Assembly: GCF_009834535.1 (NCBI RefSeq)
Contig: NC_045696.1
Coordinates: 70,744,001-70,808,000, forward strand
Direction of reading: 5' to 3'
Length of the DNA: 64,000 nucleotides
Origin: Camelus ferus
Lineage: Eukaryota
A model generated the notes under the pieces. It saw nothing but the letters and a program-made list of their open reading frames with translations, did not search any database and was not told the DNA's origin. The translations under genes were made by a program, and so were the position numbers. Within the stretch, counting starts at the first letter, position 1; the number at the start of each line of letters is the position of its first letter. Positions 1 to 12,625 of this stretch are shown one piece after another.

Positions 1-440
1 GGGGAGGAAATCTCCACTCCCACAGAGGTCCTGTCCATGTACTCAGCCTGCACCCTCAAGGTTGGGAAGAGGGGGAGAGGCTTTTTCTCTGCTTCACATG
101 AGGTGCTGTGTATATGCTGATGGTCCTGCTGGTGCTGAAGTCCTATCTCGTGGAACAAATGAATGAATGAATAATTCCAACCTGCTCTCTAAATCTTAGC
201 CATAGCAGATGGGGGCAAACTCTCCTTCTGGGTGCCTGATCTGACCCCACCCGCTGCTCCATCATACTTCTGTCTCTCTGTCTATCCATCCAATCACTCT
301 GTACTCTGAGTAGGAAGTGTTCTTTCCATTTTTCCAAAACCATCCCCATTGGGACACCCAGGCCTTCGCAGTTCTGCCTCCCAGGAATCCTTGCTCTCCC
401 ACTTCTCCCCGACTCCCTCTTCCTTCCTTTCCTGATGTCT

Positions 441-948
441 TTTATTTATTTATTTCTAATTTTAAAAAATTGTGGTAAAATATACACAATATTTACCATT
501 TTAATGTGTCCAGTTCAGTAGCATGAAGTACATTCGCATCGTTTGGCAACCATCACCACCATCCATCTCCAGAACTTCTTTCATCTTCCCAAAGTGAGAC
601 TCTAACTCTATAGCCATTAAACAATAATACCTCCTCCCTCCCTCCCCTCAGCCCCTGGCAACCATCACCCTCCTTCCTGTCTCTATGGGTTTGTCTACTC
701 CAGGTGCCTCATATAAGTGGAATCATACAGGATGAGCTCTTTTGTGACTGGCTTCGTTCACTCAGCATGATGTCTTCAAGGTTCATCCATGTTGTAACAT
801 GTATCAGAATTTCCTTCCTTTTTAAGGCTGAATAATATTCCATTGTGTGTATATACAACATTTGGTTTGTCCATTCATCTCTCAATGGACCCTTGGGTGG
901 CTTCTAGCTTTTGTCTATTGTGAATGATGCTGCTGTGAACATGGGTGT
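441..948 (-). mobile_element. LINE-1 3' end fragment (L1MB-like)
   Basis: T-rich head followed by typical antisense L1MB 3' UTR/ORF2-end text (accatcaccaccatccatctccagaac; ctcatataagtggaatcatacag; aggttcatccatgttgtaacatg; gctgctgtgaacatgggtgt). Confidence 0.88.
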
Positions 949-1359
949 TCCCTACTTCTCAGCATCCTCTTTATATTCCCCTTTATTTGTTCATCCTCTC
1001 TGATTGGCAGCCCACACAGTATTCCACAGCCATAAAGCCTGGATTTTCCAGGACAGTCCCAGTTTTGTATCATTTTTTTTGACTTGTCCCCCAGAGCCAC
1101 AGAAAAGTCCCCAAAATTCCAATAAATTTCCTCCTTCTGTGTCTTACAACCCAGAAGAGACACAAAAGTCCTTCTAAGATCTTGATTTTTTTAATTCAGG
1201 AAATTTCATCACTTTTAAAAGTCCCTCCCCCCTTCAATAAAACACAAACATCCTTGCTTGGCCTTGCTGCCTCCAGGTATCATCTCTGTCCTTCCATTTA
1301 CTGCCAAACCTCTCCGAGTGTTGCACACACACTTCCGCCTCCTCACCCCCTGCCACGTT

Positions 1360-1745
1360 CTTAATGCCCTGCAATCTGGCTTGGCCGAACAACTCTACCG
1401 GAGCCGTTCTTGCCAAGGTCACCAGTGACTTCTTTTCTAAACAAGTTCCAATTGTTCTGCTTCTTGATTATCAAATAAATGCTTCATTGTAGAAACACTG
1501 GCAAGTACAGAGTAATGCGTGGGAGCAGATGAAAGAATTAGCCGTACGTAATCACACTGCCGTGAGGCGAGCACAGTGAGCATTTGGGCATACTTCCTTC
1601 CAGTCTTTTTTCCTAATTCCAATCATTTTCTTCCTTTTCACCATTCTCATCTCTCCTGATCCCTGTAGCACTTAATGCTATTGGATATTTATTTACCTCT
1701 CAAATCTCCCTCCTCTGGCTGGTTTCTGCTCCAATCCTTCCACCC
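1360..1745 (+). mobile_element. L2 LINE internal fragment, interrupted by an L1ME piece
   Basis: gcaatctggcttggcc...gttcttgccaaggtcaccagtgactt resembles the L2 RT region; L2-like sequence resumes near 1640. Confidence 0.55.
1455..1615 (-). mobile_element. Old L1ME 3' UTR fragment nested in L2
   Basis: aaataaatgcttcattgtagaaa...gagcatttgggcatacttccttccagtctttt matches the antisense L1ME3/4 tail. Confidence 0.55.
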
Positions 1746-1909
1746 ATTTCCTCGGCGAGCCACTCTTTCAGAGTCTTGCCAGGATGTAAATGGTGGCTGA
1801 GTTGAGGTTTCACTAGGGTTGCCAGGACTCTCTCTGAAAGCCAAGACATATCATTATCAGAAGTCAGGAACAGGGGTCAGGTAAACACCAAGGTGGGGTG
1901 CCCCACCCA

Positions 1910-2165
1910 CTTCTCTGCCTGACAAACTCCCATTATCCTTCAAATCCTTATTCAGATGTCACCTCTTCTGTGAGGACCCCTAATTCCCCCTGACAGGGTG
2001 GTCACTGTATCCTCTGACCTTCCCCGTTTCCCCTCAGTATTGTCCATCCTTCTACCGCAGAAGATGTCTCTGTCCATCTTACCTGACTCTATCCCTCTCT
2101 AGACTGGGAGCTTCTTGAGAACAGTGACCCTTTGTTATGGATCTTTGTATTTCCTGAATCCAGTG
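1910..2165 (+). mobile_element. L2 3' fragment
   Basis: caaactcccattatccttcaaa...agatgtcacctcttctgtgagg...ctagactgggagcttcttgagaacag is typical of the L2 3' end. Confidence 0.7.
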
Positions 2166-2989
2166 GGCTTTCCCAGTTCTGAGGCCCAGAGAGGGAAGCT
2201 GTCTTGTGCAAGTTCACACAGGCACACACGGGCTAAGGCTACCAAACCCCAGGCCTGTAGGACCTCTGGTCCTGAGTTCTTTCTCCAACATCATGATGGA
2301 ACCAAGCAGCTCATAAGAGGAAGGGCTGTCATGCACTTGCCAGGAAACCCCAGACTTCCAAATGTGAAGGAGCAACATGGACCGGTGAGGGAAGCAGAGG
2401 CAGGACCGGAGCTTCGTCTGTGCCTGAGGCTGTGAAGCGGGTGGGCCTCGCCGCCTCATCACCCAATTCACCAAGAGAAACCGTTCTCTATGACTCAAGC
2501 TTCTCAGATTGGAACTCCATAATCCCCTCTCTGAAGTTTCAGCCAGGAAGCCCTTCCTTAAACATAAATCAAGCTCTCCCCTCCAACCATGTGAGCCAAA
2601 CAAACAGGAAAGGCCTAGGGTCCTACCTGCTACACAAGAGGCAGAGAGAGATTTGGCAGAGGGAGTACGCACTGTGATTGGGAGGTCAGGGAGGAGTTAT
2701 GGAAGACGAGCCACCTGAGCTCAGTCCTAATGGATGGGTAGGATTTGACATGTTAAAAAAAAAAAAAGTTTTTAATGCAGAAAGGAAATAGCACAAGCCA
2801 ATGCATGGAGGCAGGCTAGTGTAAGGCCCTGGAAAACAGCTAACTAGCCAGCAGCCTCCTGGGGCAACCCTCCTGTGCTCTACAACTGCTCCCAGGATGG
2901 CTCCCGAGTCATTCCCCAAATGTCCTTCCCAGAGATGGAGCATTTCCAGGAGCCACAATGTGGGTGCTGCATGGGGCATGGGGTGATGG

Positions 2990-3212
2990 AAGGACCATGG
3001 GCTCTGAAGACAGAACCATCCAAACTTGAAACCCTGCTTCTGTGACCATGAGCAAGTCAGGTAAAGTCTCCGAGTGTCAGTGTCCTCCTTTGTAAAACGA
3101 GGATTGTAATATCTACCTCGGGAAATCAGTTGGAAGGATTACATGCAGTAACATTGAGCATGTAGTAACTGTTCAGTAAGTGGTATGGAGCAGCTATCTC
3201 ATTATTATTACT
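2990..3212 (+). mobile_element. MIR SINE
   Basis: MIR core: ctgtgaccatgagcaagtca...tcagtgtcctcctttgtaaaacgagga, with an (ATT)n tail. Confidence 0.75.
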
Positions 3213-3228
3213 ATTTTAAGCACTCTCT

Positions 3229-3380
3229 GGGTTGAGGGAGGGTATAGTTCGGGGGTAGAGTGCATGCTAAGCGTGCATGAGGTCCTGGGTTCAATCCCCA
3301 GTACTTCTATTTAAACAAACAAACAAACAAACAAACCAAATTAACTCCCTCCCCTCCCCGCCCCACACCCACCGAAAAAA
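3229..3380 (+). mobile_element. tRNA-derived SINE, camelid vic-1 type (copy 1)
   Basis: gggagggtatagttc...gtagagtgcatgctaagcgtgcatgaggtcctGGGTTCAATCCCcagtac (Pol III B box); (AAAC)n, C-rich and A tail; TSD aagcactctc 3218-3227 / aagaactctc 3379-3388 at a TTTT/AA site. Confidence 0.88.
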
Positions 3381-3489
3381 GAACTCTCATTTCACATATA
3401 AACAGCCCAGGGGAAACAACCCTGTCATCAGAGGGGTTCAGTCAGATTTCCTTCCTGCACCTTTTGTCATGTCTGTTTTTGCTGTAATG

Positions 3490-3625
3490 AGATGGAATCA
3501 GAACTGGGTCTTTGTTCCACTTGGCCATGTTGACCTTGAGCAAAATATTTCAACCCAGTGTCCTCACCTGTAAAATGGGGCTTAGTAATTCTCAGCCCAT
3601 AGGCTCATCAGGCAGATTCAGGATG
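3490..3625 (+). mobile_element. MIR fragment
   Basis: tgaccttgagcaa...cagtgtcctcacctgtaaaatgggg core. Confidence 0.65.
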
Positions 3626-4639
3626 CTGTGGGTTAAAGCCCCTGCCAGCACACCCCAGGTCCTCAGGCAAAGTTTGGAAATCCTTGGCCCAGGGCTGGGC
3701 TAAGGGTCAGAGTAGCTGGGTGGTGGGGTCGGGTAGAGGCCGGGCCCAGAGCCGAATGCATAAATAACCAGCCATCCGGGTCTCGGGTCTCGCTTCAAAA
3801 GTCTTGGTCTCCAAGCCTTTAATCACGGAGCTGCTCTTCCCTGGCCACCCTCCAGGGCCTGCCCGCCCACTTCCCATGCAGAGGAGCGCCGGGAGGGAGC
3901 CCTGGATCTCTGCAGCTTGCCTGCTTTGCAAGGCATGCTGGCTAATAGATCCCAGGAACCCAGGGGGCTGCCACTCAGCCAACTCACCCCACACCCCAGC
4001 ACCCCCACCCCACCTCAGAGGCTTGGCTCTGGGCTCCCCTCTCTGACCAGGCAGAACCTTCAGCCCTGTCAGGTCCGACAGGATGGTGTCCTCCTCTCCA
4101 TGGTGACCACACTGTACAAACTAAAGCATCAGACCCCAAGGCTTTATAGTTCCAAGAATTCTCATGGGACAGTGGAAACCTAATATTAGAAAGTGAACAG
4201 TCTCAGAAAATCCAGGACATGTGTTTGCCATGTTGATCACCAGCTCCCCCCAACTCACTGTAGGCAAACCTCTCTTTAGGCAAGGCAGAGTATTCCTTTG
4301 GGATCAGGAGTGAGAAGTATGTTGGGGCTGGGAGTGGGGAGAGGGGGTTGCATATGAAATCACATTTGGCAACTTGAGTCGTATTTTTAATGCACTAATG
4401 GAACTGGCTTTTTAAAGAAAAGAACCAGTGATTCTTTTTCATATGGGAATGAATTCATATGGGAAAGAGTCCCAATAGAAGGAACTATTTCTAGATTTGG
4501 GTACACTGGATTTGCTTAAATGGAGGCACACCAGTACTCAGTTTGCAACTATCTCATTGGAGGTGACCTTCTTTGAGTATCCCGATTGTTGGAACTCACC
4601 TGTCAGCTCTGTCATTTGCACCCTCCCCCGATGGAGACG

Positions 4640-4862
4640 AGGTGCAGGTGGAGTGGACAGCCCCTGGGCATTGGCACCACCTGGGCCTGGGTTTGCATCT
4701 GCTCTACCACTTCCCAGCCAGGTAACCTTACACACCTTACGGGCTGCTTTTGCCTCTAGATCTGGGATGGAGTGGGAGGCAATGTTCTTCCCCAATAGAT
4801 CAGATGGGAAGATTAAATCGGGTCATGTTCATAATTTGCTGAGCATTTGCTGGGGCACAAGA
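4640..4862 (+). mobile_element. MIR SINE (diverged)
   Basis: cctgggtttgcatctgctctaccacttcccagccaggtaacctta...gggaagattaaatcgg. Confidence 0.6.
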
Positions 4863-5179
4863 GAGACAAGGCCAGGAGATTGCCTCCCCCAGGACTATGC
4901 CTTCAGAAGTTCTTAAAAAATAACATCTGCCAGCTTAGGGAGCACATCTGCCTGATCCCCAGCACACCATCAGGCCCTGCTAACCTGAGCACATTCTGCT
5001 TTTGTAAATCATCTTAACCAGGGCTCCCCGTATCCCAGATGAGCATCCACCCATGAGTTCTGAGCTGTGGCAGACAATGAAGCTGCAAGATTAGAGCAAA
5101 CTGAGGCACTGTCATGAGAACCCCTGCTGATCACTACCTCCTTCACTGTGCCCAGGCATAGCTAGCCTATGGCACTCTC

Positions 5180-5335
5180 AGAAGTCACAGAATTCTAGAC
5201 TCCTAGGGCCAGTGGTGCCCTTAGAGGTCTTAAGCCTCTAGCTTCCTGTGGTACAAATGCAGAAACTGAGGCTGGGCGCTTTACCACTTACTCAAGGGCA
5301 CAGAGCTGCTGGCAGAACCAGCATGAGATGCAGAT
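5180..5335 (-). mobile_element. MIR/MIR3 fragment
   Basis: tacaaatgcagaaactgaggct...cttactcaagggcacagag antisense core. Confidence 0.6.
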
Positions 5336-5674
5336 TGTCCCCTCTTTCCCATCTCCCCCTGGAGGGTACAGTCTGGCTGCCCTAGGAGCCTGCATTCCAC
5401 CCGAGCAAGAACTGTGTCCCTCATCTGTCCATGCCTAGAGCTCTAAGTAAGTGGTGTTGGCTGATGGTTGACAAAATTCTTCAAGAGGAAAGATTTAAGA
5501 AGAGCGCTGGAAGCCTCCTGGTTTTCTGTCCTGTCTTTGAGAGGCACTGTGGTGTTGGGAAAGAATGCGGCCCTGAAGCCAAAGGTTCTGTAAATGCAAC
5601 AAGCTCATGTATACAAAGTGAGCGACACAGTGCTGGGCTCACGGCAGATGCCAGAAAATGAAGGCCATTATCAG

Positions 5675-5790
5675 GAATATTAGTCCTGATTCTGCTGCTC
5701 TGTGACCTTGGGCAATTCAATAAACCTCTCAGAGCCTCAGTTTTCCAGAGAATAGGAACAATAACACGCCCCAGCCTACCACCCAGGGGA
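5675..5790 (+). mobile_element. MIR fragment
   Basis: ctgtgaccttgggcaattcaataaacctctcagagcctcagttttc. Confidence 0.7.
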
Positions 5791-7224
5791 CTCAGTTCTC
5801 CCACAGATGTCACAGGCCTTCACAGAGAAGGTGACACTTGAGAGATGAGAAGAGCTTCCAAGTTCAAGGATGAGACAGTAATTCCAGGTTGAAGGAGCCA
5901 CCAGACAACAGTGATTCAGGGAGGAAACTATGGGATGGAGAAAGAGAGCCCTTGGCGTGGCCACTAAAACCAAAGGCCTGAAGCTCCTGTGAATACATGG
6001 CCAACCTTCACTCCCTCGTGGTCTCCCAAGGACTGGAGGCCCCCGAGGGGAACCAACATTTACAGCCCTGGTGGGGTTTACATTACTCCTACAGAAGAAG
6101 GTTGATTGCCTCAGGGTCACGCAGGTTGAGAGTAGAGGAGCTGGGGTTAAACACCAATGTGTCTGGTGCCTGGCACATCTGAGTCACAGCCTCGAATTTC
6201 CATCTTTCAGTCCTCTTCAGCCCCAGAGACCTGTCCGCACCCCTGTCTTGCACCCCGCCTCAGCGCCCGGAACCCCACTCCCCTGGAAGTCTTTCAGCGG
6301 GTCAACGCCTTGCAAGACTGAGGAGCAGGACTTAACCTGGCTCCTCAAACATGGATTACAGGTCTTGTGAAACCTCTGAACTCATGTGCAAGCCTGTGTG
6401 TGTGTGTGTGGTGTGTGTGTGTGCGAGCACACGCACTCGTGCACACACATGTGCAGATCTGCACTTTTCTGTGGAGTGGCCTCCAGCTCTCACCAGACTT
6501 TCCAGGAGGGCTGTGCCTCAGTGAGTTAGGAAATTCTAGCCTCCACAGCTCCCTGTAGGGCCCGGTCCACTGTCCTCAGCCCTGACTCAGGGGAGACCTG
6601 AGCACTTCCTGGTCCCAGGCCCTGCAGCAAAGGGCGGTGAGAAGGCCATAATCCTTCAGGCTTCAGGGAGCTCAGATCCCATCCCGCCAGACTCAACACC
6701 CCAAAGCAGGTTGTTTCTTTCTGCTCCATCCTCCATGGAGACAGAGGTCGGGGCAGGAAAAGGCTGGTAAACTCTTGCAGGTTCAATATGGCGGAATGAG
6801 AACGAAGGAGCAGACTGGGATTCAGACCCCTGGAGACGTCCAGGGTGGGCTGTGTCATAAGATGAGCAGCTGGCCCTGGGCTGTGGGTGCTGACGGAGCA
6901 GTGAGAACCTGCCCCTCCCTCTCGGGTTCGGGCAGATGAGGGTGAGTGACAGCAGCAGGTCCAAGCCAAGTGGCCTGATGGGGCTCTCAGGCCTCTTCAG
7001 CCACCATGGAGGCCCCGGAAATACCAGGGCTGGGAGGGGCGACAGGGGGACAGAGGCCTAACCTCCTATCACTTGGGTCTCTGCCAGGCCATTCTTCAAG
7101 TCCCGGCCACATGGGCTCCTCTCCAGGGCACCCTTTGCTGCCATCGGACTCCCGCTGCTGCACAGCTGGGCCCCCAGCTTCCTCTCCTATCAGGCTCCAA
7201 CACCACATTCAGAAAGACCTTGTA

Positions 7225-7615
7225 TGTTTTTCAGATTAATGCAATTAAGAGCATTAAAGTTTGCAAACGATAGAGTTTTTCATTTTCCTTTTATTTGATT
7301 AGAGAAATTCCCACCGCACAGTTCCTCCAAATGAAACCCAGACCCGAGGCCCATTGTTTCGGGGGCTTCCATGAGAATGTGTTACCTTTCAATCTCACAC
7401 ACTAATGTGTTTAGCGTTACAGTCCCCCCCGGGCGGCTGCAGGAAGGATCTGGAGCCTTGATTAAAGCGGCCTTTGCCGGGCAGGAATGTGGGCTCCTCC
7501 GCCCGGGAATCACAGAGGGGCTGGGCGTTTGCTCACAGAGCCTCTACTCACATGGCCGGCCAGCCAGGGACTGGGCTCGAGGGCAGTTGTGCCTGGCTGT
7601 AATTAGGCATTTTTC
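7225..7615. promoter_or_regulatory. Candidate enhancer (repeat-free motif cluster)
   Basis: ATTAATGCAATTAA, TGATTAG, CATTGTT (SOX-like), TGATTAA, GGAATGT (TEAD-like), GTAATTAG, with retained CpGs and no recognisable repeat. Confidence 0.45.
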
Positions 7616-7684
7616 CTTCTTTCTTGCCTTTTCTCTCAGACCTCCTGCACCACCACTTCTAGCCCCAACATGCTTACATGTGAC

Positions 7685-7685
<1 letters not shown>

Positions 7686-7721
<36 letters not shown>
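7686..7721. repeat. (AC)18 microsatellite
   Basis: Perfect dinucleotide run read directly. Confidence 0.97.
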
Positions 7722-7724
<3 letters not shown>

Positions 7725-10724
7725 TGCGCACACACCCCTCCGTCTCTCCTATCCTCTTTCCCATCTTTGGTCCCCTGGCTGCTGCTGGGCTTCCCGGCAG
7801 CCTGTCGGTGGTCAGCTCTGTTCAGAGACAGCATTCAAGAAATCACAGTGATCACACTGCTCCTCCCTCAGCCAGGCCCCAAGCTCCAAGGTGAAAGGCA
7901 GAATTAGAGCCAAAAGTGAAAGATTGATTAGAGGGCTATGTGAGGAAGGCCTGGGAGAGGGAGGAGCAGGGAGTTTTAACCCCTGTTAAAAAATTTGACT
8001 AGTGCCAAATTTAAACAGGATGTTAAGTCTACACCCCTCCTACCCCAAATCACCAAAGGCTCAGCGCTGGGAGGCCCAGGTTCCTTCCTCTTCCAACTGG
8101 GGTGGCTGGTCCGGGCCCCAGCAGCTTTGGTAGGCTGTCTGTGTTCTGCCAGGGCCCTGGGACAGGAAGCTGGTGGGACTTCCCTGCCGTAGCAGCTCAT
8201 GTCCCACAGACCTTCAACAACCCAAGCCAGGGTCCTAGGAAACCACTAGGACCTGGCCCAAATTCGGCAAAAAACAAAAAACAATCAGGTTTATGAGCTA
8301 GAATCCAAACTAAAAATAGGCCAGTCAACTCTCAGAGGCCAGGCTCCTGCTGCTCCTGGGTCCCAGGGAGTCGGGGGAGGGCCTGGGAGAGAAACATGAT
8401 CCATCTTCATCCCCACTCCAAAGCTGCATTCCCAGATGCCTCAGAGTCATTCCACAAACCTCTGCAGAGGCCCATGCCTTGCAGAACAGAGAGGGCACAG
8501 AGGGGGGTTCTGAGAGGAGCACTTTCCTCCCCCAGGTTGGTTAAACAAGTGGGAGGGCTTAAGTACCTATGGTTGTCCTGGTGATAACATTCTTCAAGGG
8601 AGATGAGTCCCCCGACCCCGAACTGGACCAGAAGGACCAACCAAAACCCCCTGACCTCGTGGGGCTAAGAGCTCAGGCCTAACCTAGACTGAGACCATTT
8701 CCCTTCCAGGCCTCTGCAGAGCTGGTTGTCCCTGTGGGTAAACCCCTGAGCCATTCACATACTCACGTTTACTTTGTAAGAAGTTCACTCTGTGGTGAGT
8801 GGAGGCAGGGATGCTGATGCCTACTGGGGGCAAGGGAAGATGGAGGCTGAATTAAAGCTATAGAGGAGGGTGGGGAGGAGGGGAAGGACTGGAGGGATGA
8901 CTCAGCTGGTTCAGAACCAGGTACCCCACCTCCCACCTGGGCTGCTGCCTTATTTATTCTACTCAGTCCCCTTTCCAACCTGGGCTGGGAAAGCTGGGGG
9001 ACTGATTTGCAAGGCTAAGTTAGAGTTCACTGTCCTTTTGTTCATGCAGACATTCACTCAGGCAATACTTGGCCGATGAGATAAATCCACCTACACCTTT
9101 AAGCTGTACCTACTCCCCACGCAGGGCCCAGAAGGTGTAACCCTTGGATGGGTCCCAGGGTTCTGCCACAAACATCTGCCCGGGCCAAGCGCCCCCAGGG
9201 AGCAGATACATAATGTGAGCTGCATTTGGATGAAGGCAGAGTTGGAGGAGGCAGCGTGAGGGAATCTGGATTGCAGTGGAAACTGCTCAGGAATTTGGCT
9301 TTGTGTCTAAGTTGATTCTTCCTAGACAATCACCTTAATGTGGGTATCTCTCGGTTACCCATGCTGCAGGGAAGGATAGGGAGGGGGTGGGTGATACCAA
9401 AGGTGAATAATCCAGAGACTATTTCTGATTATTCCTGTTGGACTTTGCCAATTGGCTTTTTTCCCCCTTCTGGGAAACTTGCTTCCCTAAGCAGGATTTT
9501 CTTTGACTATTTTTCAAATTTTACTTATGATTTCCAACCACAAACAATGCTTCTCCAAGATGACCAGGCTTGGCTTTATCCTGAGCTCCATTCAAACCAC
9601 AAAGGCAGAGTACAGGGGGTGGGGATGAGGATTAACTGAGATGGTAATGGGGGCAAGGCACCCTAACTGAGTGGTCAGAATTGGCTGTGGACAAGCCCTA
9701 GGGTGAGGAAACTGCCAGAGGAGACTCCAGTCTGTGGGACCAGTGTCTCTCATCCCATGCCTGCCCATTCTCCATGGTAAGGTCCTGAAAGAACATGGCT
9801 ACAGGACATGATAAAGCCTTAGTTGGTAAGAAGAGAACTCAAATTATATCAGATTGAAGCGAGGGGTAGTGGCCTTGGTGAAAGGCTGGCTACCAAGGAA
9901 GGTGGGGAACAGGAGCCAGATTATGATTTCCAAGGAGTTATGGAACCCCTAGTCTAATCTAAGCCAGCACCCACATTCCTGTAGGGCTGCCGGCACAGAT
10001 TCAGAACCACACAGAACCACTCAGGAGTTGGTGCCCATATCCTGGGGTTCAGTGTGGCACCAGGAAAGGATGGGGAACAGGCACAGCCTCTCTATCCTGG
10101 GCATACAGCTCCCCCTTCCCCATTTAGTTTACAGTCCAAAAGGCACTGCAGCAAGGATTCTTCTCTGAGTTTCAATTTTCATGGAAATGAACCAATTTAT
10201 CTCAGAACATGGAGGGGGTGGGGGTGGGGGTGGGGGATGAATTCCCTTTTCTTAATGCAGATGGACTAAATCTCCTTTGCTTCTTAGTGTAAAAAAAAAA
10301 AAAAAAAAAAAAGACATCCAAAAGCTGCTGCCTTTCACACTGTTGGATGCCAGCTGATAACTCCAAAAGACGGCAAATAAATCCTAAGGCAAGGTTGCTT
10401 GCAGCTCCTCTGCCTTGGCCTTGGTGGAGCTGCCTCAGCCACCCCTTGTGGTTGCAGAGGGGCTCAGGAAGGACCAAAGCAGGGCTGCGGGGGGCAACCT
10501 GATTTCCAGGAAAGTGATCGCCTTCAGCTGGAGGCCTGGAACTCTTTGAGACAGAAGCCCATGTCCTGAGGAAGAGCTTCACAAATATCATCTGACTAGC
10601 TTGTTGCCAAAGTTGCAGCCCAGGCCTGATATGAGCAACACCGGCCCGCAGATGGGTCAGCCATGTGTGCGCTGCCTGCAAACCCTTAGCCTTGTGTTCA
10701 GCAAGAACCATAGCATCGACTGCC

Positions 10725-10925
10725 TGAAAGCTTACTACGTGCCAGGAATTCACCTGCATTCCCTCACCAGCAATCCTATGAGGAGGTGTTAGCATTAACT
10801 CCATTTTGCAGATTGTGAAACTGAAGCTCTGAGAGTTTAGGTAACTTCTTTTAGGTTACACAACTGCTAAGCGGCAGAACCAGGTTTTGAACCCACCTCT
10901 CCGATTTCTGAGCCTGTGCTTTTCA
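10725..10925 (-). mobile_element. MIR SINE
   Basis: gcttactacgtgccagg...ccattttgcagattgtgaaactgaagctctgagag...ttgaaccca. Confidence 0.82.
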
Positions 10926-11157
10926 TCCCTAAGTTAGACCAAGCCTGACTGGGATTCTGGTCCAGAGAAGCAGAGCTTCTCTGCTCTGCTCCTTATATGG
11001 ATATTAGGGTTCAGCTCCATAAATGCACCTTGTATTTTTCTGTCTCCTCTACTTGGCATGGCCCTCAGCCTGACCCCCAACTATGACCCTCCACATGGAC
11101 TCAGTGTGTCAAAAAAGGCTATTCCCTCTTCTGGGTCCCCTTGGCACTTGTTTACCT

Positions 11158-11312
11158 TAGTGGTTCTCCAAGTGTATCTCCAGATCAGCAGCGTCAGCAT
11201 CTGATCCCACCTCATCCTTGCTGAATCAGAAACTCTGGGCATGGAGCCCAGTAATCTGCTTTAACAAGCCCTCCAGGTGATTCTGCTGCACACTCAAGTT
11301 CGAGAACCATTG
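11158..11312. mobile_element. MER5A-like hAT-Charlie MITE
   Basis: Terminal inverted repeats tagtggttctc / gagaaccattg; internal tgaatcagaaactctggg...tttaacaagccctccaggtgattctg. Confidence 0.88.
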
Positions 11313-11851
11313 GGCTACCTCTTGCCTCCTTAGACAACATCAGTCTTGATGACAATTAAGGGTAAGGTTAGCTCTTGTTGTGGTCTTGACACCTGAGCCC
11401 ACTCATCAGGTATATTATAAAGGAATCCTGAGCAGCTAATAATGAAGTGGGTAAAGCTTTTTTGGCCTCCACTGGTGTTTTCCTCTCCACTACTTGGCAT
11501 CCTGTTCCAGGACAGCCAACAAAAGTGACCACTGCCACGTGGGCATTATCACCACTATCTTCAGAACCAGCTTCAATACTCTCAACCACTGCCTCCCCAC
11601 CTCAGGGGCAGTCTGAGTAGTAGGCTGTCCATGAAAATCACCTGGGGCTGTCACCTGGGGCCATCTGTGTGCCAGCCTCCAAGAACTTTATCAGGTTTCA
11701 TTGCTGAACTGCTGCTTGGCACCCTCCCGGCTTCTTCCTTGTGTGTCACCACAGCCTACAGCCCCCAACCCCCAGCCCAGTACTGGTTGAGGGGATGGCC
11801 TCCCAAATCCGTTTGTCCTGGAGGTGAAATCAGACAACTCCACCCTCACTA

Positions 11852-12625
11852 ATGAAATCTCCATCTGTGATTATAGTTGCCTATTTCTTCCTTTAATTCT
11901 GTCTTTTTTTTTTTTTTTTTTTTTTGGCTTCATGTGTTTGAAGCTGTTTGTTATAGGTTGCATATATATTTGTAAGTATTTTCCCTTCCTGATGAATTGA
12001 CCCTTCTACCATTATAAAATGTTCCTCTTTACCTCTGGTAATACTCTTTGTCTTGAAGTCTATTTTCTCTGACAATGTAGTCTCTTTAGCTTTTGAATGT
12101 ATATACTTTTTCATCCGTTTAAAAAAAATTTATCTGTGACTTTAAAGTACTTCTCTTGCAGACTGCAAATAGTTAGGTCTTTTTTTAAAAGTCTATTCTG
12201 ACAATCTCTGCCTTTTAATTGCAATGTTTAGTCCATTAACATTTAATGTAATTATTGATATGGTTTTATTTAGTTTCATTTGCCCCCTCTGTTTTCTGTT
12301 TCTCTGTTCCTCCTTCCCTGCCTTCTTTTGGATTTTTAGAATTCCACTTAAATTTATCTATTGGATTTCTAGTTATACCTCTTTGCATTAATTTTTTAAT
12401 GATTGCCCCAGGGATTACAACATATACCCTTAACTCTTCACAGTCCACTTAGAGTTACTATTTCAAATACAATGTAGAAACCTCACAACCACAGAGGTTC
12501 ATTACCCCCACGCCCATCCTTTATGCTACAGTTATCATATGCATTTCATCTACATATATTATAAAACCCACAAGACAATGTTATAATTCTGCTTCAGTCA
12601 TGTGAATTTTAGAGCAATTAAGAGG
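11852..12625 (-). mobile_element. Old L1M fragment with ORF2 endonuclease remnant and inter-ORF region
   Basis: ORF 11893-12114 reads SEKIDFKTKSITRGKEEHFIMVEGSIHQE..ILTNIYA, matching L1 ORF2 EN (SDKxDFKxxxIKRDKEGHYIMxKGSIxQE..ILNIYAPN); disrupted by a poly-T expansion. Confidence 0.9.

Noticed and set aside
1030..1125. Possible hAT-Blackjack (MER81/MER94-like) fragment, ccaggacagtcccagtttt
   Set aside because: Match too short and no terminal repeats seen; needs a Dfam search.
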